This document shows positions 21,341 to 30,127 of a DNA stretch of 64,000 nt, piece after piece. Source of the stretch: Gammaproteobacteria bacterium (GTDB taxonomy: Bacteria; Pseudomonadota; Gammaproteobacteria; UWMA-0217); assembly GCA_026981985.1 (NCBI GenBank), contig JALSHZ010000031.1, positions 8,911-72,910 of the forward strand, written 5' to 3'. A model generated the notes under the pieces. That model made no database searches. It was not told where the DNA came from and saw only the letters and a list, made by a program, of their open reading frames with translations. Each line of letters starts with the position of its first letter. Positions within the stretch are counted from its first letter, which is position 1. The position numbers and the translations under genes were made by a program.

Positions 21341-21547
21341 ATGTTTCTGAGCCAGGATGAACAGCTGAAGCAAGAACTGTTTGATTTGCGTCTGGAACAT
21401 GGCGGGCTGAATGAGCTGATCGACCGCATGATCGATGACCCGACGGTGGATCAGCTACAGTTGCGGCGGCTGAAAAAGCGCAAGCTCCAGCTCAAGGATG
21501 CGATCCGCAAGCTGGAAAGCAAACTGATTCCTGATATCGACGCCTGA
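21341..21547 (+). CDS. DUF465/YdcH family coiled-coil protein
   Basis: LRLEH...LRRLKKRKLQLKD...IPDIDA. Confidence 0.85.
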   Translation: MFLSQDEQLKQELFDLRLEHGGLNELIDRMIDDPTVDQLQLRRLKKRKLQLKDAIRKLESKLIPDIDA

Positions 21548-21549
21548 CC

Positions 21550-22632
21550 TTGCCTTCCCTCTATGTTGTCATTTCCGCCCATGGTTATGGGCACTTGTCG
21601 CAGATCACGCCGGTCATCAACGGCCTGCATGCGCGTGTCGCTAATTTGCAGGTCACCGTCCAGACCGAGATTCCCCGCCCGTTGATCGAAAAAAGGCTCA
21701 GCTGCCCATTCGACCAAGTCGAACACACGGCGGATATCGGCATGCTGATGGCCGGGCCGACGGTGATTTGCTGGGAGGACAGCCTGCACGCCTATCAGGC
21801 ATTTCATCGTGACTGGGACGGGCAGATGCGTCAGCAACGCGCGATTTTCGACGCCCGGCGCCCTGATCTGCTGCTGACCGACATTCCTTATCTGCCGATT
21901 GTGGCGGCCCGCGAGAGCGGTATTCCTGCCGTGGCTTATAGCTCCTTGAATTGGGTGGACATCCTCGAGGTCAATAGCGCCATCGCGTCGCAGATGCGTC
22001 CGGAGCTGGCGATGATGCGGGATGCCTATCAGCAAGCGGCCTGCTTCATCCAACCCGAGCCGTCGATGCCGATGTCCTGGCTGGAAAACCGACGCCCGGT
22101 AGGGCCGGTGATGCTGGTAGGCGAGAATCGGCGCACAGATCTCGATGCGGATCTGGGGTTGGCGCAGGGTGACAAACTGGTGGTAGTGAGTCTGGGCGGC
22201 ATCCCGCTCGACAGCCCGCTGGCAAATTGGCCGCAGCTCCCCGGTGTGCACTGGATCATTGCCGACAGCCCGACAGTACAGCGAGGCGACATCCACCGAT
22301 GGGATGAAAGCCGCTATCGCTTCATCGATATGGTGGCATCGGCGGACCTTGTCATCACCAAACCCGGATATGGCATGTTCACCGAAATCGCCGCCGTCGG
22401 CGTGCCGACGCTGAATATTGCGCGTGCCGACTGGGGCGAGTCGGCCGTGCTCGAAGCGTGGCTGGGCCGGCATGTTGCACTGAAAACCGTGCCATTGGCG
22501 CAGTTGCTTGGTGGTGATGTCGCTGATGAGGTGTCGGCATTGCTGCAAGCGCAGCGTGGCATACCAGTCCCCCCTTCCGGCATCGATGAGGCCGTCGAAT
22601 TGCTGTTGCCCCTGCTGCCGGCAGCTAGCTAG
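21550..22632 (+). CDS. GT-B fold glycosyltransferase-like protein
   Basis: ISAHGYGHL, VSLGG, ADLVITKPGYG, RADWGE. Confidence 0.8.
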   Translation: MPSLYVVISAHGYGHLSQITPVINGLHARVANLQVTVQTEIPRPLIEKRLSCPFDQVEHTADIGMLMAGPTVICWEDSLHAYQAFHRDWDGQMRQQRAIFDARRPDLLLTDIPYLPIVAARESGIPAVAYSSLNWVDILEVNSAIASQMRPELAMMRDAYQQAACFIQPEPSMPMSWLENRRPVGPVMLVGENRRTDLDADLGLAQGDKLVVVSLGGIPLDSPLANWPQLPGVHWIIADSPTVQRGDIHRWDESRYRFIDMVASADLVITKPGYGMFTEIAAVGVPTLNIARADWGESAVLEAWLGRHVALKTVPLAQLLGGDVADEVSALLQAQRGIPVPPSGIDEAVELLLPLLPAAS

Positions 22633-22697
22633 CACGCCCCTCTCGTGGCATGATCCGCGTCACGGAAAACTAGCTGTCATCATCAGGAGACAACCCA

Positions 22698-23264
22698 ATG
22701 AAAATCAAATTCTGGCTGACCACGCTGATGCTGGGTCTGGCATCTACCGCTCAGGCGGCCGAGTTCGAGCTGGCGCTGAGCAAGGATACCGCCGCGATCG
22801 ACATTCTTGCTGACTCCGCCGCGCTCGGCAGCGGCGGTGCCGAGTTGAGTGTCGGTGCGCTCTACAACGATGCAGACGATCTCATCGGTCATGTCGGCCT
22901 GCTGGTGCGCGGTGTGCCTGCTGGTGAGCAACCGTTCAGCTTCGGTCTGGGCGGCAGGATCTACTTCGCCGCGCTGGACACGCCGGATGCCAGTGTCGGT
23001 GCGCTGGCGCTGGGCGCGGGCGCGCGCTATCTCATCCCAGGCAATATTCCGATGGCCGTGGGCGGCGACATCTATTTTGCTCCCGGCATTACCACCTTCA
23101 GTGATGGCGACGATCTGCTCGATTTGAAAATCCGGTTTGAAGCGGATGTGCTGCCCAATGCCACTGCATTTATTGGCTATCGCAATATCGTTGCCGGGCT
23201 GGAAAACGGCCCGGATTACGATATCGACGAAAACGTGCATCTCGGTATCCGGATATTGTTCTGA
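22698..23264 (+). CDS. YfaZ-family outer-membrane protein
   Basis: Signal peptide AQA; YFAPGITTF, FIGYR, C-terminal Phe. Confidence 0.8.
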   Translation: MKIKFWLTTLMLGLASTAQAAEFELALSKDTAAIDILADSAALGSGGAELSVGALYNDADDLIGHVGLLVRGVPAGEQPFSFGLGGRIYFAALDTPDASVGALALGAGARYLIPGNIPMAVGGDIYFAPGITTFSDGDDLLDLKIRFEADVLPNATAFIGYRNIVAGLENGPDYDIDENVHLGIRILF

Positions 23265-23689
23265 TGGCTGATACAGACCGCCCCGAAGTCGCTGTTGGCC
23301 AGGTGCTCGTGCGCGAGTCGGGTGCACCCTATCGCAACGAGGTTTTCACCCATTCGCACGATATGATCGTTGATGAGCCGGTGCCAATGGGCGGGAACGA
23401 CGAAGGCCCGCGCCCGACGGAACTGCTACTGTCGGCGCTCGGCAGTTGCATCAGCATCACGTTGCGCATGTATGCCGAACACAAGGGTATCGACGCCGGC
23501 CCGATTTCGGTGGCCGTCAGCCGAGACAAGAGCCAACCCACCAAAATTGCGGTAGATATCCAGGTCGAAGGGGATCTCGACGAAGCGCAGCTCAAGCGCA
23601 TGCGCGCCATTGCCGGAAAATGCCCGGTACACAAGCTGCTGACCTCGGATCTGGAGATCACCCGTACACTGGAACTCAAGGAGAGCTGA
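23264..23689 (+). CDS. OsmC-family protein
   Basis: DEP..GG.D.GP.PTELLLSALGSC...TLRMYA; KCPVHKLL. Confidence 0.9.
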   Translation: MADTDRPEVAVGQVLVRESGAPYRNEVFTHSHDMIVDEPVPMGGNDEGPRPTELLLSALGSCISITLRMYAEHKGIDAGPISVAVSRDKSQPTKIAVDIQVEGDLDEAQLKRMRAIAGKCPVHKLLTSDLEITRTLELKES

Positions 23690-23692
23690 ATC

Positions 23693-24271
23693 ATGGCAAG
23701 AACACCCTCCATCATGCTGGAATTGGGCACTCAGGCCCCCGACTTTTCGTTACCTGAACCCGCGACCGGCAACATTGTCAGCCTCAGTGATTTTGCTGGT
23801 GAACCGGTTCTGGTGGCGTTTATCTGCAACCACTGTCCTTACGTGATCCGCATTCTCGATGGCTTTATCGACTTTGCACGAGAGTATCAGGACAAGGGCT
23901 TGAAGGTGGTCGCGATCAATGCCAACGACGTCGAAAACTACCCCGACGACAGCCCGGAAAAAATGGCTCAACTGGTGCGGGAAAAGAATATCCCTTTCCC
24001 CTATCTTTTCGATGAAAGTCAGGATGTCGCCAAAGCTTATCAGGCCGCCTGTACCCCCGACTTTTTCATGTTCGACCGCGACGGCAAACTCGTCTACCGC
24101 GGTCAATTCGACGCCGCACGACCACGCAACAACGAGCCGGTGACAGGCGCCGACATGCGCCGCGCCGCCGATGCGGTGCTGGCGGGGGAAGTGCCCGATC
24201 CGGAGCAGCAGCTACCAAGCCTGGGATGTAATATCAAATGGAAGTCGGGCAACGAACCTGAGTTCTCCTGA
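23693..24271 (+). CDS. AhpC/TSA-type thioredoxin-family protein
   Basis: FICNHCPYV, AACTPDFF, YRGQFD, SLGCNIKWK. Confidence 0.9.
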   Translation: MARTPSIMLELGTQAPDFSLPEPATGNIVSLSDFAGEPVLVAFICNHCPYVIRILDGFIDFAREYQDKGLKVVAINANDVENYPDDSPEKMAQLVREKNIPFPYLFDESQDVAKAYQAACTPDFFMFDRDGKLVYRGQFDAARPRNNEPVTGADMRRAADAVLAGEVPDPEQQLPSLGCNIKWKSGNEPEFS

Positions 24272-24345
24272 ACCCAATCGCCCCTACTTGGCGCAAAACG
24301 GGGGCAATCATCTGAGCAGTTACACCCAGAAACTTGGGCATTGAG

Positions 24346-25992
24346 ATGATGATACGTCTGCTGGTGATTTTCCTCTTGCTGGGGCTTTCTGGCTGCGCGC
24401 ATTTTCGCGTCAACGAGCCATTGCCTCAGTATATTGTGCGTGATGAACCGGTGCGGCCCGATCGTGCCGATGACCTGCTCGTGGTGCTGTCGTTTTCCGG
24501 TGGCGGCAGTCGGGCGTCGGCGCTTTCTTATGGTGTGTTGCAAGCGCTGGCGGCGTCGCGTATCGAATGGAATGGTCGTCAACGACGTTTGCTTGATGAA
24601 GTCGATATTGTCTTCGGCGTCTCCGGTGGCAGTTTCACCGCCGCCTATTTCGCGCTGTTTGGCGACCGCATCTTCACAGAATTCGAGCCGGGTTTTTTGC
24701 GCCGCGATGTTGATGGCACCCTGGTCAAGCGGCTGTTCAATCCCATCAACTGGTTCCGCCTGGCAACGCCGTATTTCAATCGCAGTGAAATGGCCGAAGC
24801 CTACTATGATGAGATTCTTGTAACTATTCAGCATTCGCTGAAGTAGAACCGTAACTGCTCAGATTGCCGCTGGAATGCGTCAGATCAAGGCGGGAAATGT
24901 GAGTTTACGACCCACAGGGAAGTGGGGAGTGCAGGCAATGCATGGAGCAATTGCCTGCCGAGTGTAAATGATCATTTCCCAAAGCTTCCGCATCCTGCTC
25001 ACGCCCCTCACCTACATCCATGTAGGCGACACAGAGATGGCGCATTCCAGTGGTGAGCTGAGTAGTTACAGATTCTTTTTCATGGCGCGACCTTTGGTGA
25101 TATCGACCCGCGGCGGGCGCCAGCGCTGCTGGTCAATGCGACCGATGTAACGCTGGGCGATGGGTTCAGCTTTGACCAGACCCATTTCGACCTGATTTGT
25201 TCACGGCTCGATACCTACCCGGTGTCACGTGCTGTCACTGCATCATCCGCGGTGCCCGGTATTTTCTCCGCCATTACCATCGCCAACTATGCGGGCAGTT
25301 GTGGCTACGAGGTGCCGAGCTGGGTGCGGGATGTCTTGAAAGCGCCGAGTCGTGCCGATGGCCGGCTCTATCTGGCGCGAAAGATTGCAGCCTACGCCGA
25401 TCGGGAAAAACGCCCCTATATCCATCTGCTCGATGGTGGCCTGGCCGACAACCTGGGACTCCGTGCGTTGATCGATCGAGTGAAGCTGCATCACCGTACG
25501 CCGGATGGCTCGGTGCGTCATGTACTGCTGAATAGTGGTCTGAAAAAAATTCTGGTGGTTATCGTCAATGCCGCAGCGGCACCCGATACCCGGCTGAATC
25601 TGCTTGACTATCCGCCATCCATTGCTACCACGGTAGATATTGCCACCACCGTGCAGGTCAATCGCTACAACAATGAAACATTGCGTGTGTTTCGGGAAAA
25701 TCTCGAAGAGTGGCAGCAGTCGATCCGCCTGCTGCGATGCGGTGGCGAACATTGTGACGAGGAACCGGAGTTCTTTCTGGTGGATGCCAGTCTGATGCGC
25801 ATCGACGATCAGGCAGAGCGCAACTATCTCCAGACACTGCCGACCTCGTTTTCGCTGGACGATCAGGCGATCGATCGTTTGATTGCCGCGGGGCGACTGT
25901 TGCTACAGGAGTCCAGCGAGATGCAGCGTTTCCTGTCGGGGGTTCGGCCTGCTGCGATGGCTGCACAGGAATCAGCGCCGGCTGTACGGTGA
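24346..25992 (+). pseudogene. Patatin-like phospholipase lipoprotein interrupted by a family A MITE
   Basis: LSGC lipobox, SGGGSRA, GVSGG, DGG. Removing 24820-25077 restores one frame: YDEIL-FHGATFGDID...VNATD...VSRAVTASSAVPG. Confidence 0.9.
24820..25069. mobile_element. Repeat family A MITE, 250-bp form, 8-bp TSD AGATTCTT
   Basis: GTAACTATTCAGC ... GCTGAGTAGTTAC; AGATTCTT at 24812-24819 and 25070-25077. Confidence 0.95.
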
Positions 25993-26012
25993 GCTGGTTG
26001 GGAAATCACTGT

Positions 26013-26223
26013 AACTCAAGTTTCGGAGTTCAGATTTGCACATCAGCCAGTTTTCCCCCCTTTCGCAAAGGGGGGTAGGGGGGATTGGAACGTCCATGGG
26101 TTCGCAGCAAGTCCCTGAAAATCCCCCTCAATCCCCCTTTGCGAAAGGGGGAAGCTGTCAGGCGCGGTAGTCGTGTTGTTATGGATAGCGCTGGCCTCAA
26201 CCGTGATGAACTCCAAAACTTGA
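26013..26223. mobile_element. Repeat family B element, short form
   Basis: AACTCAAGTTTCGGAGTTCA ... TGAACTCCAAAACTTGA; two CCCCCTTT-N-AAAGGGGG palindromes inside. Confidence 0.8.
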
Positions 26224-26253
26224 TATTGAAACAACGGTTGTCGCTGATCCGAT

Positions 26254-29200
26254 TTAGCCGCCGCTCACGCCGTTTGCGATTTCTGTCAGCGCTTGCCACA
26301 TCTCGGGATTATCGATTTTCAACTGCTGTAGCGCAGGTGTGTCGAGCAGTGCATCAATTTTTTCCGACAGTGATTCCGGCTCATGCTGAAGTGCTTTGGC
26401 TTGCCATGCTTCGAAGAGCAGGGCGAGGCGCGTGTGTCGGCTGATGATTGCGGCAGGTTGCCAGCTTTGTTCCTTGAAAGCTTGCAGCGTTTTGTTGCAC
26501 TGCTTGCGCAGGCGCTGAGCAGATTTGCTGTCGACATATTGTGGGTGACTAAGGCCCAGGCTGAGATAGTTGATCAGTGTGCGATAGATGACGGGGCCGA
26601 TGGGGTCATCCGTTTCCTCTGCCCACGCCGTGGCGGCTTGCAGTGATTGATCCATTGCCGCAGCCATTTGTGCATACTGCCCCGCTGCCTCGTGACTGAC
26701 GGCAATATGCTGGTAATCCTTGGCGAGCAGGGAAAGGCGTGTGGACTCTTTCCAGGCGAGTGTTTCACTTTGCCCGGCGAGGCTTTGCAGTAGCTGCGTT
26801 CGCTGTGCGCGGTAGTGGATGCGATCGCCGGGGGTCGTGCTGAGGGTGGCGAGAAATCCCGAGGCGAGCAGTTTGAAGCGCGTCGGTGTAAAAGGAATGA
26901 GGCGGTTGTGATCGGCGGGCAGGGGTTTGAGTTTGTTTGCGATGGCCAACACGGCTTCGAATTGTTGTTTGGCGGTTTCCCGTATTCCGATTTTCATCAA
27001 GGCATAGCCGTAGCCGAGCAAAGCCTTGGCGCGATTTTCGTCGCCAAGCTGCGCCGTGGTGAGCAGTTTTCCCCAGGACTGTATGGCTTGCGGATAGTCT
27101 TCCGCCTGTAACGCATAAAATGCATATTTTTCCAGGAAAGGGGTACGGTCGAGCTGGCTGCTGGTGGTTGCCAGGCTGAGTGCCTTGGCCGCTTGTTGTT
27201 GTGCCTCTTGCGGTTGGTTGTTTGCAAAAAGCGCGCGAGCAAAAGCCAGTCGGGTGCGGGCTTCATCTTCGCCGTTAGGAAAGGGTAGTGCCAACCGCCG
27301 GGCGAAAAAATCGACTGCCAGCGCCTGGTTGCGCACCTCACTATGCAGCCAGGCAAGGTTTTCCCATACCGATGCGGTGATGCGGCTGTTGTCCCGGCCC
27401 AGATCCAGCGCCATGATGTAGTGATAATGGGCTTTTTGAAAGGCGCGCTTGTCGTAGCGGTAGCCGTGCTTTGAAAGCCGTAGCAGTTGGTGGTGGATAT
27501 ATCCCATCAGCAGGTCGCGTACCGCAGGACTCAGACCACGATTGTTCATGGGTTCCAACAGTGCAAGCGCCTTTTTCAGCGTTGTTTTCATCGCCTCCGG
27601 ACGGCTGCTATCAGCATCCAGAATCAGTTTTAGCGCCTCGGCGTAGTTCGCGTGTTGACCCAGCAGGTTCTGCTTTTTCAGGATGGCATAGGAACGTTCG
27701 AGGTTTTCGCGTTTATCGAGGCTGGGGCTTAGGCCAAGCGTGATGAACTGGTAGTGCGCTTCGAGGTCGTTGGTTTGGCGGATGGCGCTGTAGAAAACAG
27801 CATAGGCTTTGGCGGCGTTGCCTGCTGCGAGCATGCCATAGGCCTTGTCCATTGTAATGATGGCGTACTGTTCGGCGACATTGGCAAATTCCATCTCGGA
27901 AATGTTCGTGGTCAGCAGCCAATGGCGTGACAGCAATTCCATATATTGAAACTGCTCCGCTGCGCCCAGGTTCTGAATGGCGCGGACATGCATTGCCTTG
28001 CGCAGCAGCAGATCATCACGGTTATTTTTCAGTAGCGTGTTCAGTGCTTGAAAGGCAGTATTTCTGCTCGCCTGATCGCTACTCAATACCAGCCGCAATG
28101 TCTGAATTTCGCTGCGGAACAATTGGGCAATTTCATTATGGTGGATATTGTCGAGTTGTCGTTCGATGGTATCGATGCGAGTGCTGATGTTTTTTTCGGT
28201 TCGGCTCAACAATTTCAGGTAGTTGAATCCGTAGTAGATCCTGGCTTCGGCTGGCAAGCTGGCTGAGTCGAACATCAGTGGGTAGATGCCCAGCAGTTTT
28301 TTGGGGTGCTGCGTCAGCAATTGTCGGTATAGCTCGAAGGCGATGACCCGTTCCAGCGGCAGTGCAGAAGCACGGCTGAGGTCGTAACGCTGCAAGCGTT
28401 GAAGTGCCTGCGGTTCGTCTTCCAGTTCAAAATCGAACCAGGCGTCGATCAACGTCGTCAGTGCTGCTGGCAGCTTGCTCGCGTGAATGTGTTGACGGGC
28501 TTTGTCGACGATACGCCGAAATCGCGCAGTGACGATGCCAACCGGCACTTTCTGTTTTGATGCACGCACCAGAAACAGCATATCGAGCGCCTCGTAGAAA
28601 TGCGCCGTCGCCTCATCGTTCTGTTGCCGATACAGCTGTTGCAACTGTTTCACGTAATAGCGTGCGGCGGTCAGTTCACCAATTTCCAGGTGGTTGCTCA
28701 GCAGGCGTTCCAGCATTTCGGTGTCGTTGCGGCCGAACCGGTAGCGCAGGGAATTGAGGAGCAGCAGTCGGGTTTCATGACTGCGGGCGCTGCGGTGCGC
28801 TTCGAGGAGCCGTTGCTGATCCCACTGTGGTGGCACGCTACCGGTCAGTGGCAGCCTGTAGATATCCAGCGAGCCTTCGAAAGCGCAGGTGAGATAGAGG
28901 TATCGTTTGCTCAGGTCTGGAAACTTGCAATTGCTCGAGACGGATGTGAGTTGCTCTGGCAGTAGTGGTTTTGTGCTGTGAAGCCACGTTGCAAACGGAA
29001 TGCGAAATGCCACGCTGTTATCGCTGCCGTCGATGACCTGATCGCCATTGGTGTCGTTCAGATATTGGTTGAAATAGAGATACTCAGCATCGCTTGTCAC
29101 TGTGGCGATCCCCGTGATGCCGGGAAGGTCGAATTTCGTCGGGGTGAGCATTTTCTGCTGCTGCCGATCCCAGGCCTGGAGGCGTACGACGCCGTCTGGC

Positions 29201-29775
29201 AATGCCTCGGTCAGCAGAATATAGCGCCCATCGGGGGTGGCAGCAGGCGCAGAGATCAGCCCATGATAGAGCGTGGTGGCCGTCCCGGTTGCAAGATCAT
29301 GCAACACCAGATTCCAGTCGATCTGCGCTGTATCACGGCTCAGATACCCAAGCAGATGATCATTGACCCAGAACGGCGATTTATCCAGGGTGGCGTTCGT
29401 GGTGATGCATTTCAGTGCCTTGTTTGCCAGCGTAAAAAGGCAGACATCGCCTTGTGCATCATTGCCGAAATAGGTGAAGGCGAGGGTGGTGCCGGCAGGG
29501 TTCAGGGCGGGCTCTTTGGCATCGCCGATCTTGCCGATCAGCAGAGTTGTTTCGTTGCGCTGCAAATCCTGTTGCAGAATATTCGGAATCTGGTTTTGAC
29601 TGTGGGTGAAATAAATCCGTTGGTCGTCATCGCCGATGCTGGCTTCGAAATTATCCCAGGGCCCAACCGTCAGTTTTTCCAGTGGCACGAGCCGGTTTTC
29701 CTGCCAATTCGTTTCAGCGGCTAAGGCAGTGGAAAAAAAGCAAAAGGCGATCAGGACACATATTCTCAGTAACAT
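26254..29775 (-). CDS. Large exported protein: TolB/PD40-like beta-propeller plus TPR-like helical repeats
   Basis: Signal peptide ALA; EPALNPAGTTLAF, PAATPDGRYI, DTNGDQVIDGSD; helical repeats in the C-terminal two thirds. Confidence 0.75.
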   Translation of the reverse strand: MLLRICVLIAFCFFSTALAAETNWQENRLVPLEKLTVGPWDNFEASIGDDDQRIYFTHSQNQIPNILQQDLQRNETTLLIGKIGDAKEPALNPAGTTLAFTYFGNDAQGDVCLFTLANKALKCITTNATLDKSPFWVNDHLLGYLSRDTAQIDWNLVLHDLATGTATTLYHGLISAPAATPDGRYILLTEALPDGVVRLQAWDRQQQKMLTPTKFDLPGITGIATVTSDAEYLYFNQYLNDTNGDQVIDGSDNSVAFRIPFATWLHSTKPLLPEQLTSVSSNCKFPDLSKRYLYLTCAFEGSLDIYRLPLTGSVPPQWDQQRLLEAHRSARSHETRLLLLNSLRYRFGRNDTEMLERLLSNHLEIGELTAARYYVKQLQQLYRQQNDEATAHFYEALDMLFLVRASKQKVPVGIVTARFRRIVDKARQHIHASKLPAALTTLIDAWFDFELEDEPQALQRLQRYDLSRASALPLERVIAFELYRQLLTQHPKKLLGIYPLMFDSASLPAEARIYYGFNYLKLLSRTEKNISTRIDTIERQLDNIHHNEIAQLFRSEIQTLRLVLSSDQASRNTAFQALNTLLKNNRDDLLLRKAMHVRAIQNLGAAEQFQYMELLSRHWLLTTNISEMEFANVAEQYAIITMDKAYGMLAAGNAAKAYAVFYSAIRQTNDLEAHYQFITLGLSPSLDKRENLERSYAILKKQNLLGQHANYAEALKLILDADSSRPEAMKTTLKKALALLEPMNNRGLSPAVRDLLMGYIHHQLLRLSKHGYRYDKRAFQKAHYHYIMALDLGRDNSRITASVWENLAWLHSEVRNQALAVDFFARRLALPFPNGEDEARTRLAFARALFANNQPQEAQQQAAKALSLATTSSQLDRTPFLEKYAFYALQAEDYPQAIQSWGKLLTTAQLGDENRAKALLGYGYALMKIGIRETAKQQFEAVLAIANKLKPLPADHNRLIPFTPTRFKLLASGFLATLSTTPGDRIHYRAQRTQLLQSLAGQSETLAWKESTRLSLLAKDYQHIAVSHEAAGQYAQMAAAMDQSLQAATAWAEETDDPIGPVIYRTLINYLSLGLSHPQYVDSKSAQRLRKQCNKTLQAFKEQSWQPAAIISRHTRLALLFEAWQAKALQHEPESLSEKIDALLDTPALQQLKIDNPEMWQALTEIANGVSGG

Positions 29776-30095
29776 TACGGTGTCTCTTGCGCCGTGGGTT
29801 CGACATGGGCCGGGAATTCCCCATTCAGCACCCGGAAGGCGCGGTCACGACGTTTCGACGAAGGCTCCTTCGCCAGTGCTGTTGGCCCTTTCAGCGGTAC
29901 TTGCTGGCGAAACCGCTCGTCCAGTTTTGGCCATTCACCTGAGGCTTCGGCTTCCATGACAGTGTGACGGTCGATCAGGTAAACATCGGGAAGGCTGATG
30001 CAGCCTGGCAGACTGATGGTTGCCAGCAGGATCAGGCTCGCTGGCCATGTGCCGCTGCTATGCTGTTGCCCGTATCGCTTGTCTTGTCTGCGCAT
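29775..30095 (-). CDS. Small lipoprotein (YnbE/DUF1318-like position and size)
   Basis: LPGC lipobox; its stop codon overlaps the next start by 1 nt. Confidence 0.65.
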   Translation of the reverse strand: MRRQDKRYGQQHSSGTWPASLILLATISLPGCISLPDVYLIDRHTVMEAEASGEWPKLDERFRQQVPLKGPTALAKEPSSKRRDRAFRVLNGEFPAHVEPTAQETP

Positions 30096-30127
30096 TGTTG
30101 GTCTCCGGTTTTCGGCCTAAAGCGTCA

